From the NCBI RefSeq assembly GCF_964355755.1, contig NC_092676.1:23578871-23642870 (forward strand): a stretch of DNA of 64,000 bases. The letters run 5' to 3'. The notes under the pieces are model-generated. The model was not told the DNA's origin. It did no database searches and saw only the letters and a program-made list of their open reading frames with translations. The translations under genes and the position numbers were made by a program. Origin of the DNA: Antedon mediterranea (Eukaryota; Animalia; Echinodermata). Below are positions 1 through 12,697 of this stretch, one piece after another; the first letter of the stretch is position 1; each line of letters opens with the position of its first letter.

Positions 1-399
1 TAGGGGTTCTATTGTATGTACAGGTATAGTTTAGTATGTTATGAACAGTATAGAACTTGATGTCAACTACTGTTGAATAAGTACCGTAATGAACTTTAAG
101 ATATTGTCCCATTCAAAAGGTCGCAAGCTTCTATGATTAAATGTATAAAATCCTTGATGAATTTCCTGGGGTATTCTTTATTAATTAAGTGGCCACCAAG
201 GAGACAAAAAAATACCCATGACCTAATGAACATTATACAGTTTTAGAATAAAAATCAGTATATTAAATTCATATTATTTTATATTATTTGCAATAGCATA
301 CATATTGTAGCCATGACCATACAAAAAATAAAAGCCTGCTTCTTGTGGTACTCCCAAAAGGGTTGCGCCAGTCATTGGCCCCTCAACACTTGCACAGAC

Positions 400-602
400 C
401 TTTTTCTTGAGCTTCTTTTAGTTTAACCTCTGCAGCATTCAAATTAGTGACATAGGTCTGGTGATGTTTCTTGTGGTGTAGTTCCATGATATCTGCACTA
501 ATAATAGGTGACAAGGCTGAATAATCATATGGAAGACTAGGAAGGGTGTGCTCACCCCGAACAGAGAGATGTGCAGTAAATTGCAGTGTTGGCCTAAGTA
601 TA
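400..602 (-). CDS. SOD2: Mitochondrial Mn-superoxide dismutase, coding exon 2 (gene continues beyond the window start)
   Basis: Manual translation of the minus strand gives [68 protein letters not shown], matching the MnSOD N-terminal signature HxLPxLPYDY...MxLHHxKHH. The exon has a ttttcAG acceptor (603-604) and GT donor (398-399) and is 203 nt long. Confidence 0.95.
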
Positions 603-1031
603 CTGAAAAGATGAAAATCAACCCATTGAATATTGTCTTATGAGGGCATATCTAAGAAAAGATGGGAAATAAAATAGTATTTCTTCTAGGCTACTCCTTC
701 TGTCTTGCTGTGCGTGCACAGTTACAAAAATAATATCAAAAACATATTTAATTAATAACTATACTTTTTTCTGTACTGTATGATAAGAATAGTACGATTG
801 AGTTCTTACATGCTGACAAACATTGTGATAATACTATGTCGCACAAACCTGAACCATCCTAGGCCTAGGTATACTATAGTAAACATGTGCGCAATTCATC
901 CAGGTCAGTCGTAAATAAAAGACGCAGCTGACCTTCTTGCTTGTTGGCAGCAGGCCTAGGCCTAGCCTATGCCTAAAACCTGGGCCTATATTTAATTGTT
1001 TTTACTATGTAAGACAACAATACATACATAC

Positions 1032-1060
1032 CACTTTAATCCGACAGTTCTAGACAACAT
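1032..1060 (-). CDS. SOD2: SOD2 coding exon 1 (MLSRTVGLK-C, start of the mitochondrial transit peptide)
   Basis: ATG at 1060-1058 and a GTATGT donor at 1031. The 29-nt phase-2 exon joins exon 2 in frame. The MLSR start is typical of SOD2 presequences. Confidence 0.85.
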
Positions 1061-1236
1061 AGTGCTATTATTCTGTCCAATACACAGATGTATTGAAGTA
1101 TTTGCGTGTCGAAAAGTTCCACTTTTTGTCAAATCTCTCGATGCCCGATCGGTTTTATGCAGGGATTAGGGCGCCCTCACATTTTCTCGTCGCTTTATTG
1201 TGTGCCCTCATTGTTAGTACTGTATAGCCACAAACT

Positions 1237-1246
1237 TGGAATTCCC
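1237..1246 (-). promoter_or_regulatory. NF-kB-like site (GGGAATTCCA) upstream of SOD2
   Basis: Close match to the kB consensus about 180 bp upstream of the SOD2 ATG. SOD2 is an established NF-kB target in other animals. Confidence 0.45.
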
Positions 1247-2426
1247 AACCGCTTTACATTTCCTTAGATTCCAGAGTCGGAAAACATTTCTTGATGTATA
1301 GAACGCTCTTTATCATTGTCTGTCATCACATTATCTTTATCATACTCTGGATAGACATATCTTTTGTTATCAATATAATCTTCATAATTATCCTCATTTT
1401 ATTATGTCTCTTCATCACTCAGCATGTTAAAATATGGATCATCAATCATCAACGTTCATAGCATTTTTATATTGAGTATAACACGACAGTATTATATGAA
1501 TAATAACAGAATATATGTGACTTTATGAGTGACACAAAAAATGACACTCTCTTTATTCGCATTTTAAAATAGTACATTTTGGACTTATTATATATCTTCG
1601 AAATATGAAACACAAATCTCCAGGACCAGGATTACCATGGCTGGGACTGAGCTAAGAACATTTTGAAATAGTGTTGTCATTAGGTCAGCGGAAAATGAAC
1701 TTATTATACTTCGAGATATGAAAAGAAATGTATTATGCAGGACCAGCTCTGTGGTGTTTAGGGCTGAGCTAAGAAAACTATTGTTACGTTACAAATACTA
1801 AAATGAGTAGGCCTAGCAAAGGAGCGATAATATTCTTCACAATACACAACAAGGCATGGTTTACATAGTGGCATAAGAAAAGAAACTAAGCGGATCGAAG
1901 AGGATATTAACACATTTTTTTACTCTATGGTCCGACTCCTTAAAAAAAACTCGGACTAGACATCTCTAAAATAATATACGGTAGTTACCACGAAATATCA
2001 TAATCAAAACGTGCATAATTAAATTGATTAATTAAAAGTAAGTAAACCAAACCTATGGAATAATCTTTAAGATAATAATTGTTCCTCTGAACAAATTTTT
2101 TTTTTAATGTTATGTTTAATGTCACATAGTTATTTACTTTGACCAAAAAATATTTACTTGAAAACTGTAATTTAAAGCCAAAAAAATAGTGGTCATTTTT
2201 TCTTTTTATAAGTGAAATTTTTTTTTTCTTTTAAAACTGCGAAATGGCAGTCTGTGGCGAAAGTCTATTTTAGTAAGCTTCATTTTCCATGCTTTTTTGG
2301 GGACAATACATCTTTAAAAGTCCTATTTATGAAATAATTAATACAAGTTACTAACATACGATGACATATATTATTATAGGTGTTGCCATCATTGGATATA
2401 GGTTATGCCGTATTACCACCGTATCC

Positions 2427-2762
2427 TTAGTTATAATCCATGCGGTGAATATTTACGTTTTTGGCGGCAGCATGGCTCCTGACGTCGTCCGATACTCCAG
2501 AATCTCTTCCAACTGCGAGATGTGCGCTTCCCTGTCCAGAAGCGATTCTTTCTGCTTGGTCTACATGGGCTGTGGTAATTTTCTGGGATGACTTCGATTC
2601 CCAAACCTGGGCTCTTCCTGACCCACTATCAACAACAAAATCTGCTCGGCCTCCGGGTAGGTTCACTTCAGAACGAACTTGGGCGTTCGGATGTTGAGAT
2701 GTTATGTGGCTTTTAACTTGGCCAGCAAAAGACCCGCCATGATTCTGTGAAGTGTTGGACAT
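2427..2762 (-). CDS. Small stand-alone PD-(D/E)xK (Mrr-like restriction endonuclease fold) protein, copy 1, 111 aa
   Basis: The true start is MSNTSQ at 2762, as shown by the paralog at 61391-61732 and a splice acceptor at 2787-2788. Motifs: G-x-x-F helix, SEV, GRADFVV, WESK (E-x-K), VDQ, and a terminal A...VNI segment, in the order and spacing of Mrr_cat-type domains. The ORF is intact and about 49% GC by hand count. Confidence 0.75.
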   Translation of the reverse strand: MSNTSQNHGGSFAGQVKSHITSQHPNAQVRSEVNLPGGRADFVVDSGSGRAQVWESKSSQKITTAHVDQAERIASGQGSAHLAVGRDSGVSDDVRSHAAAKNVNIHRMDYN

Positions 2763-2786
2763 TCTGCAGAATAATTTGTTCTTATT

Positions 2787-3034
2787 CTGAAATAGTACAA
2801 TCAAAGTAAATGTCAATTTTGAATGTTTTTTCCTAATTTTTATTTTTAATTTAAGCTTAAATTCACGCTCCTTATCAGACATTATTGGCATTAATTTAAG
2901 GCCTATCTAGCAACTACAAGGTTTAAAACCTAAAACAAAATTCTGAAATAAAAATGTACATCTCGTTCATGTCAATGTAGCCTATACACCAACAGTGATG
3001 GAATATAAATTAAAACCTAAGGCATCATTCTTAC
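2787..3034 (-). other. 5'-UTR intron of nuclease-like gene copy 1 (non-coding exon 1 from about 3035 upward)
   Basis: AAG|GTAAG donor at 3034 and tttcAG acceptor at 2787. The same architecture occurs in copy 2 (61758-62514). Confidence 0.65.
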
Positions 3035-3160
3035 CTTTGAAGAAATATGTTTCTATTTTTTCTAAACAAAATTATTAGCGTCTGGTTCGTAACTGATCAA
3101 ACATCCAAATAAATTTTATTTGCGGGTAGTGTGTTAATGTATTAAAAAATAATAATTTGT

Positions 3161-3303
3161 AATTGGATAACATTATCCACGTGATACAAAATATGCAAAG
3201 TGTTTTCCAAATTTGAACATTACATCATGTTGGAAAAACCAATACTTTGTAATCAATAGAGAATTAACGAGATAATAGTTCAACGCGGTAATGGTAAAAT
3301 CCC
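3161..3303 (-). promoter_or_regulatory. Promoter of nuclease-like gene copy 1: CCAAT box, TGATGTAA (C/EBP-ATF-like), kB-like GGTTTTTCC and GGGATTTTACC
   Basis: The blocks attggataa, cattacatcat..ggaaaaacc.ata..tttgtaatcaa.aga and ggtaaaatcc are conserved in the same order at 62771-62902, upstream of copy 2. Confidence 0.6.
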
Positions 3304-5717
3304 AGAAGAATTGGTCAATACTTCACCAGAATATGACAAAATAAGATAAGATAAGATAAATCTTTATTGTCATTAACACAACAAGGCAAACATGAAAGTT
3401 GAATAAAAATACAATATTTTAATCTATCATTGAAGACAATATTATTTGAAAAAGGATCTAGATATTACACATTAAAATTCCATGAACATTTATATTCACA
3501 GTCACAGTCTTGGGTAGGCTACGTCTTGGAAGGGAAATATGAATTTGTACTAACTAACAAACCCATTTTTATTTGATTAAATTAGCTAAAGAAGATCTTC
3601 TCTCGTTTATTTAATAAAATAAAATGTATACCCGCCCCAGAGGAACCCAACTCTCTCCTGCACTCTACCACAACATAACATCTTTCCAGTATTCCGGTAC
3701 TTTTGATACCCGATGTGTATTGATGCGTGCAAATAACAAACATTGTAGTACAGGTACAATGTATGGCATACAAATTCTAATAATGTAAGTAAGTGCGAGT
3801 ATAGCCTACAGTAGAAAAACACAATCTTCATTATATAAAGAATAACACTGCTGAATTGTACTATGAAATAAAAAGTATGCAACTTTTTAAAATCAATCAA
3901 TAGTTGCAGCACGTTATGCTAAAATGTAACGCCTTTTAAATATTTAATAATTGTCTTGAGGTGTCGATACTATCTATAAACCTAATTTTTAGTTTTAATT
4001 AAAATCACATATACTGAGTAGTATGAAGTTTAAGCTTTACTGTACAATGTCATAGCAAACATGGTAAGCTTCTTAATTAGTATTAGTTATCAATTATTAT
4101 AAGTTAGTGATTCCAACAAAAAGCAGGACGAGTTATAAATAAACAATTTTCTTTATAACATAACATAATAATTATAACATAATATAGTCATACTACGGTT
4201 ACTTTGATTTGTTTTTATTGTTCAACTATGGTTTAACAATATGTAACAGTATAATGTATAGCATTTGTAATTCATTTACCGGAGTTCTTTAACAATTTTA
4301 AACAGTGATATAGTTTAGATTGTAATTGATACTAAATATTAATAATGATCTTTGTAATGAGACATTTAACTGTGATGTTATTCATTAGAATGAATTGAAT
4401 TATGTATCTACTTAGGACTTCCGATATAAAGTATCCATAGTATATACCATACTCACACAACAGTCACTGATATTTTGATATTAAGCAAGACACTATTATA
4501 TAAAATGTAAGTGTGCTTCAGTACGAAAAAAATGTTTTACCAGCTATAGTTTAAATGTTAATTTTTAAACATTTTGTGTATTTCTGTTCTTATATTAAAG
4601 TAAATGCGAGTAATTTGGGACTAAAATTATAACTTTCTGACTAGTGGTTGCTGAGATATTTATAATGTCCATTTTCTTTACCAATGGTCAAAAATAAGTT
4701 TCACGGTCTATTTTGGCAAAAGTTGTCCATTAAAGTGAATAGAAATATGTATTTCCTGAGTATTTTTGACCATATCCGCCCAACAATTTCTGAGATATAA
4801 AAAGTGTGCTCTAAGCCAAAAATTTTGGTGCCGGCTAGATGTCAAAGATCAAAATTAGTTTTATGATTTTTATTACATTAGAATAAATATAAACATATGC
4901 TTTGCGAGTAATTTGAGACCACAATTATCACTTTCTGATCAGTAGTTGCTGAGATATTCATATGGCCAATTTCTTGACCAGTGGTCAGAAAAGGGTTTCC
5001 ATCCATTTTTGGCAAAAGTTTTCTATTAGAGTGAATAGACATAAGGGTCTGAGTAGTTTGGCATCACAAATATTCCAATACACCCAGTAAGTTACCAAGT
5101 TTCGCAAAGTCTTAACTTTAACCATTTGACCTTTTGGCCCCTGTACTGACCAAGCATCCCAATTTTTTTTTCGGCCAACAGCAAAAAATTGATTTGTATT
5201 GATATAAGGAAGCAAAAAACATTGTTAGCATAGTTTGCTCGAGGGTGCAGGTAACCCCTTTCTGGCTCCCCAAACTATTAGTATCGGTCGGCAAGCGATC
5301 AATCGTAGCATGAAGATCAAAATGATATTTATTTGGAGTTCACACTTTTACAACAGTGGCACTCAAGGAAGAGGAAGGTGCATCCATAGGAAATAATAAT
5401 AAAAATACACATACTGTACACGTATATCGCTACCATATTTGGGTACATCACACTTTTTTTGTCAAACTAGTTTGACAATGTAGACGAATCTTTACAGATA
5501 GTTGCTTTACAATGATCGTAGCAAAACATATTGTCGGGTGCAGGGAAAACATTTCTTTTGACCATAATTATTCCAAAAATGTTCAACCAATACTTCCTTA
5601 TACTTTAGATAGTTATTTTCGCACTGTACCAAAATTAGTGTCTTAAACCACTGGCTTTCTAATGTGGTCGAATCATAAGAATGTAATGATGACGATCATT
5701 TGTGATTAATAATTTTT

Positions 5718-7510
5718 CAGTACATAAAAAAGACTGTAAACAGGTCTATAATGATCAGCAAGAAAGAGTAACCTCTGAATATTTATTTGGAGAAATCCTT
5801 CCATATTGTTTGATCAAACCAAGATAACCTATTTTTAAAAAACCTGTTTGTGCCTGCGGCGCTTATAAACGATGGGAATAAACTGTTATAGAATGATTTT
5901 TAGTAGTTTCTTTTGTATCGATAACGAAACAGAATATACCTGTCTTTCACCTTATTTCAATAGAAAATAATAGCATATGCCTTACTTCTATTACCCAGAG
6001 GCTACGTTTGTGTAAGCAAACAAAAATCAATTTTATTTGTTAATCTACAGATATGCCTATATTTTGTACCGTCATCCAAAACTAATCACTCAGTCTGAAA
6101 CGAATTTTTGAACACAATGAAACAAATGCGACGGGAATACGAAAAGTTTAATACATGCTCATAAATATTATGTTTAAAACTAAAGCTATTATTGGTTTTA
6201 CTGATTTGAGGTTACTTGTCCGACGAGGGACTAACATGAGATTGATAGAAAAGGCGATATTTATTGAACCGTCAAAATGAAGACAGGAACATGTTCATTG
6301 CTAGGTATATTAAGACATCGTGTACTGTTAGGATTTAGTGTTTCCATGTCTTTCCATGAGCTGGGTTCTTGTCTTCATTTTGATGGTCATAATAGTTATA
6401 TAGGGCCAAATTTATCTAACGTGACAAAAACATAAACTAAGAAATCATTCTGGAAAAAAGAATATAGTAACGGAGATAATAGTTGAATGTGTTACTTTAT
6501 CCGCCATAATGACAACATCGTAATGGGGACAATATATTTGAACAAAAGAAAAAAATATATACCAATATGACCAGTTGAGTACAGGAATATTATATTCCGC
6601 ATTTAAAAATGTGAGTGTGAGCTCCGTATATAGGCCTAAAGCCTAATGAAGAAACATTATTAAAATTGTATTTTTTTGTATAACTTCATTTTTTTAATGA
6701 ATCATTTGTACCATTTATCGATTTTGGAGAGATGACGCTGAGTAGTAAGTTCGAATTAATCGATTGTTCAGTGAGTTCAGTACATACAAAAGACTGTAAA
6801 CAGGTCTATAATTATCAACAAGAAAGAGTAACCCCTGAATATAGTATACAGTTATTTGGAGAAATCTTTCCATATTGTTTGATCAACCAAGATAACATAT
6901 TTTTTAAAAACCTGTTTGCGCTTGCGGCGCTTATAAACGATGGGGAATGAACTGTTATGGAATTACTTTTAGCAGTTTCTTTTGTATCGATAACGAAACA
7001 TCAGTAAATGAATACACCTGTCTTTCACCTCATTTCAATAGCAAATAATTGCATAGGCCTTACTTCTATTACCCGGAGGCCACGTTTGTGTAAGCAAACA
7101 AAAATCAATTTTATTTCTTAATCTACAGATATGCCTATTGTACCGTCATCAAAACTAATCACTCAGGCTGAAACGAATTTTTTAACACAATGAAACAATG
7201 AGACGAGAATATGAAGAGTTTAATACATGCTGATAATTTTATGTTTAAAACTAAAGCTATTATTGGTTTTACTGATTTGAGGTTACTTAATTGTCCGACG
7301 AGGGATGAGATTGATAGAAAAGGCGATATTTATTGACATCAAAATGAAGACTGGAACATGTTCATTGCTAGGTATATTAAGACATCGTGTACTGTTAGGA
7401 TTGAGTGTTTCCATGTCTTTCCATGAGCTGGGTTCTTGTCTTCATTTTGATGGTCATAATAATTATATAGGGCCAAATTTATCTAACGTGACAAAAACAA
7501 ACTAAGAAAT
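5718..7510 (+). repeat. Direct duplication of a non-coding segment of about 720 bp (5718-6445 and 6778-7510)
   Basis: Near-identical text from cagtacata-aaaagactgtaaacaggtc through ctaacgtgacaaaaac-aactaagaaatc. Confidence 0.9.
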
Positions 7511-9816
7511 CCAAAATCTGTTAAGTTAAGGAGTGGTTTGTCCCTAAAGATAGGCCCCTACATAGTATAAGTGTCTTGATATGGTTTAATAGGCTCAAAT
7601 ATAAAACACCTTTATACAATTCATGTATAGGCCTACTTCTAATTGGTGTGCAATCGCACATGACTCTATTAATATGCTAATATCGTAAATGGCGCGTTTC
7701 ATAATGCTTATTATATTAGATGGCATAGCTACGCCAGGACTCGATATGTTTTTATATACTGGCGTCATGATGAATCCTTTCACAAAACAGACATTGCAGA
7801 TTTTTACTCGTCGGTGGTGAATATTTCAAGGTATGTTCATAATTTATATAGGAATATAATGCTATCCGTATATAATTTTTGTTTATTAGGCCTACAATAG
7901 GCCTACTTATAATAATAAGTGCTGAAATAGAGGTGCAATACTTTTTTTAACTTATGAAGATGGCTACATACAAAAAGGAGTCAATTCCACTATTTAAATT
8001 CAGAGATAATGTTTTTATCATCTGAATTTTCTTTGCGTTGTTTAGGTCTATAGCATACATTGTGTTAAATCTCTATTTATCTATGATCTTTATACTATAA
8101 TTTGATGTATTTTAGTTAAATTTATAGAGGAACCCTTATTACCTGTTCTTTTGTAATGAAAAACTGCACGGGTTGTCCTCTCTAAAGATTGTACCTGTCT
8201 TTTCCATACTATTTCTTTATTTATTTTTTAAGGCTCGCGCAACACAAAATGTTTGTCTTCATCTTTCCGGGCATCTGCCTTCATTCTTTGACCCAGTATC
8301 ATTATTATTATATTCATAGTATTTTTCCTCATTTTTTACAATTTCATCGAAAAGGTTTCAACGCAAAAATAAATACAATACATTTAATCGATAAGTTCGT
8401 TTTATGAACCTTGATGTACATGAATAAAATGTTTAGATTGCCTTTGTACAGTTTTAATGTTTTACATGACAAAAATTGTATTTGAAAATATGCACCTGTA
8501 TTCGGTATATTATTCTGAAATCACAATTATTTTCAATACAACATATTACTACTGGAACTAAGGTAACTGTACGACTATAGAAATGAACCTTATTGCGTAT
8601 TCAGGACACGGCGCGTGAACAAAATTTATGGGGTGTGGTACATTACTACTTTTGATTTGTTTTCCGAGGCACATGATGTTATTGATATGCTAATATCGTG
8701 AAGTGAATTAAGGGTAACTTTACAAATGTGAAATCTGCTTTGTATGCCTGCTTAGCAAGGGGCCGAATTTATCAAGCATGTACATAGCCTGAATAGTACA
8801 AAGACAATTAAGGCCCATTTACACTAGGACGATAAAAATCGACGATAAATAGATAAAACAACGTTTTAGTTCCGTCACTTATAATAAAATAGCGAGGCGC
8901 TTATTTGATTTACAAAAGAATATGTAATGCTTATAATGCAATTGTGTTAATCTATATATAGCTTAGGCAATTTTTTAGTTTACTAATTTACACATGCTTT
9001 TTTCTTGTTAATCTGCTAATAATTTATTATTAATTATTTAAAGCCGAAATGAAAAGGTAATTATTATGAAGAAGAAAAAAATCGAAAAAGAACAAACACA
9101 GTATCGTTTAAAATATGTTTTTCGAATTGATCGAGCAAATATATTGTTCATAACATCGGTATGCATGTGCCTAATTATTCAAATAAACATTTATTCCATA
9201 AAGCTGTTTATATTTATGAACAGAACATCATTAAAAGTTATGGAAAAGAGAATCAAAGCTTTTAAGAAGAGACCCTCAAAAACAATTAAGCAATTATATA
9301 TAATATAAATACAACAGGCAAAGAACATTAATTCTAAACCGAACTCGATTGGATAGCGACTCTTTAACATTCTCGGCGTGTTACGGCGGAACAGCACTAG
9401 TCCTCAGTTGTACGCACGCGCAACAGAGATCAAATTGATACGCCCTCATCTTTCAGTATTTTTATTCACGAGGCGGGATCTCCGAAGAGATACTTTTATA
9501 TATATAAACACAACAGGCAAAGAACATTAATTCTAAACCGCCCGATGATATACTGAAATTTAATTAATTAATTTGAAACGATTATATATATATATATATA
9601 TATATATATTAGGCCTATACTAAAATATTAACAATAAAGAAATTGAAAGAATGTTTCCATGTTCAATTGTTGTAAAATTGAGTAGAATTACGGAATACCG
9701 CTAGCAGATAATGAAGTATGTTCAGTGTATTGAAAAGTGAAATTCTTTTTATTTAATAACCTTCTGTGTTTGTTAAGTGCTGTGATCTTTAAGGACGGGG
9801 TGTTTTGTTATGTAAA

Positions 9817-11453
9817 ACAAGGCCATATACATGGCTGCAGTCGCGTGCTCAAATTTGTTTACCGACCGACCGACCAACCGACCGACATAGTGAACTGTAG
9901 AGTCACGTTTGCACGCAACTAAAAATATTCGAAAAGAAAAAAAAATAACAGGAATAACAACAATAAAAACAAAACAAGAATAAATTACTTAAAGAAGATA
10001 GTAAGTGAAAAGTTGACCAATAAAAGTTTAAAGCTGTATCCAAATAGTACAGTCACATATGTAAGGAAAACTAGCTCCATCTCGATATTTGTGCCAAAAT
10101 AGATTTTATTGGCTAAATTTGTTATTCTTGAGTTGCTGAATTTAAAAAAGTTAGGTGCCATTTGTTTCGACCACTCCTTCAGCCGCCATTTTGTATTTCA
10201 AAATGGCCGACATTCCACACTAAACTTTGTCATCCATGGTATCATCGGAAAGTGAATGTAATACTGATCATTTTATCCCATTACATCCATATCAAAAAAT
10301 GCATAGTTACATAGTTATTTAACAATAAATCAAGTCACGTAACCAATAAAGGTCAAAAGGTCAACATTTTAATTTCCTCAAATACTTTACTGTTTGGTAT
10401 CGTAGGATAGCTTTTTTTTTTATTCTGAATACAGTTTTACTAATATCTATTCAATTGTTTATTGTCATAATTTTCCAATTATGTAAATAAACTGTTTTTA
10501 AATGTACAATAAAAAAGGTCTCCTTCGTATTAAAATAAATACGGTTTTCTTATTGGTTTTACAATTCATTCAAATGTTGGTAACATTTATCTGGTTATAA
10601 TAACAATTTCAGTGTGTGAAAATATTTTAGTATAAGTTTAGTTTAACTATCAAGATCCTCGATATGCCCGGTTTTCGCATTGCAAGTAAACAAGGCCAAC
10701 AGCCATTAAGTCGCGTGCTACAATGCATAGTGATACCGGACCGACAGACAGACCGACAGACAGACCGACAGACAGACAGACCGACCGACCGACATAGTGA
10801 ACTATACTGACCGAAATTACTGAACATGATTAAAAATGTTGAAATGTTTAAAAACATTTATATTTTCTTAATTTACACGTGCGTAGCCTGTCACTTTTGA
10901 CGTGCGTTATAACGTAATTTCGAGTTGAAAAGGAAGTCAAGAAAACAGAAATCGGACAAAAAGAGTGCGCAATAACATTTAACGCGCAGTGCGCGCAAAA
11001 AAATATGCGCACTCATGGCAATTTTGTAAACGCTTAAAATTGCCTGAAACGTACTCTTATTTCATCGAAAATAAATTTTGAATATTTTAAGCGCGCGTAC
11101 GCATGCGTTACATGCGCTACGCACGTAATTGTATTGCCATATGATGATTTATGCCCTGAAATTTATGAGTACCAAATTTTATTTAATTGTGATTCATGGT
11201 TGTGAAGATATGATTACAAACGTGATTTCGTTAAATCGTGCGTAGACCGCGTAATTTTTTATTGCGCACCGTGAAAACATAACCACATCGATTCCTGGCC
11301 ATAAGGAATATACTGTGAAAAATTGACCTAGCTAGATTAAACTGTGATATCAAGATAAGGTCAGAAAGCGATAAAACGCATAGTGATACCGGACCGACAG
11401 ACCGACAGACCGACCGACATAGTGAACTATAGAGTCGCTTCCACGCGACTAAA
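9817..11453 (+). mobile_element. DINE-1/HINE-like (Helentron-derived) non-autonomous elements with (GACC/GACA)n core; copies at 9817-9925 and 10690-11453
   Basis: ACAAGGCCA...GTCGCGTGC start, (GACC/GACA)n microsatellite, and terminal stem-loop AGTCGCGT..ACGCGACT followed by AAAAA. Further copies at about 29080-29200, 46662, 48680-48770 (minus), 59822-59883 and 61960-62086. Confidence 0.65.
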
Positions 11454-11949
11454 AACAAGATCAAACAACCATTGCTTTGCAGGTAAATTAGTTGCAACGC
11501 AAACATGATCTTGGAGGTAAAGTAATTGATTTTAGTACCTTTATTTGAGCAAGTTCATACAACTACTACGGCAGAAACGTAACTTTGAAAAGTAATTTAG
11601 ATTTCTCTTAATTATGCTAGTTAATGTAGTTTTATTTATAACTATATCCAGTGCAGTGGCGTCTATGTCGCTATTTTTCCAACATGGTTTTCTGCAAATA
11701 GCATGGTTGCATGTTGTAAGCCTAGGCCTATACTGTATATATATAAAGTAAATCGATAAAAAAAGTTGTTGCTTATTTAAATTAATTTATGTACACATTC
11801 TTATATTATAAATATATATTGGATATTTGTGTGACCATAAAGGCAGGATAGAAAGCAGCTCATCTATACTGTGTATAAGTAGTCGAATAATCTTCCACCG
11901 TTTCAGATGATAACATAATTATTGAATATACAATTAAATCGGTGGCATA

Positions 11950-12340
11950 TGCCCATACTCATAAGAATACAAATACTAACAACAAACGGATGCAATGGGA
12001 TCATGCCCAAGAACAAGCCTCTAAAAGATTTTATTATAATGCTATTAAAGACTGGAATGATCTACCTTCCGATATCAAGAGTATACACAAATTAATTGAA
12101 TATAAACGTGCGTTAAAGGTTCACTTTGGTATTGTGCATTAACCATGCTGATGATGATTGTTGTATTTTGTATATGGATGTTTTCGTTTATTGTATTAGT
12201 ATGCATTTATGATGTACACATTATTATCTAACTTGCTTGTTTAAAGGACCCCATTGGAATTAAGCTGTTTCAGCTTTATGGGTCATCCTGGTATTTTTGT
12301 TGTATTTCTTGAGTACCGAATAAAACAAACAAACAAACAA
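11950..12340 (+). mobile_element. 3' end of a CR1/L2-type LINE
   Basis: Translation FYYNAIKDWNDLPSDIKSI..EYKRALK matches the LINE ORF2 C-terminus. It is followed by a stem-loop, AATAAA and an (AAAC)n tail. A related tail lies on the minus strand at about 38640-38800. Confidence 0.7.
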
Positions 12341-12697
12341 TAAAATAATAATAATTCAAAACGCATCGATGACTGAAAAGCCGATTCCATCCCCTACCGG
12401 TGTGTGGTCGCAAAAAAACAAAAAAACACTACATTTTTGATAAATATAACTGAGACATGCAGTAAAAGTAACAAAATTAAAATACAAATTTATAAAAGGG
12501 AATTCAATAACATAAATCGTTACATACGGTACATATTTATAAAGTATCTGTAGTTAAAAGATTTCGTTTTTCTCAAACTAATTTGAATATTATTGCTGGA
12601 AAGTGGATATTGTTTCCATTTTTTCCGATAAGTTCTTAAAGTTAAGTTACCACAAACAAGTATAGTTTGATTAATTATTCTATGTGACTTTTGATAA

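Noticed and set aside
439-621. 60-aa ORF in the track
   Set aside because: Wrong frame; the same bases encode SOD2 exon 2 in another frame.
2763-2891. 43-aa N-terminal extension of the 154-aa ORF
   Set aside because: It runs through an AT-rich intron (acceptor at 2787) and is absent from the paralog; the true start is at 2762.
10627-11506. CRSV-repeat ORFs
   Set aside because: Translations of the (GACA/GACC)n core of DINE-like elements.
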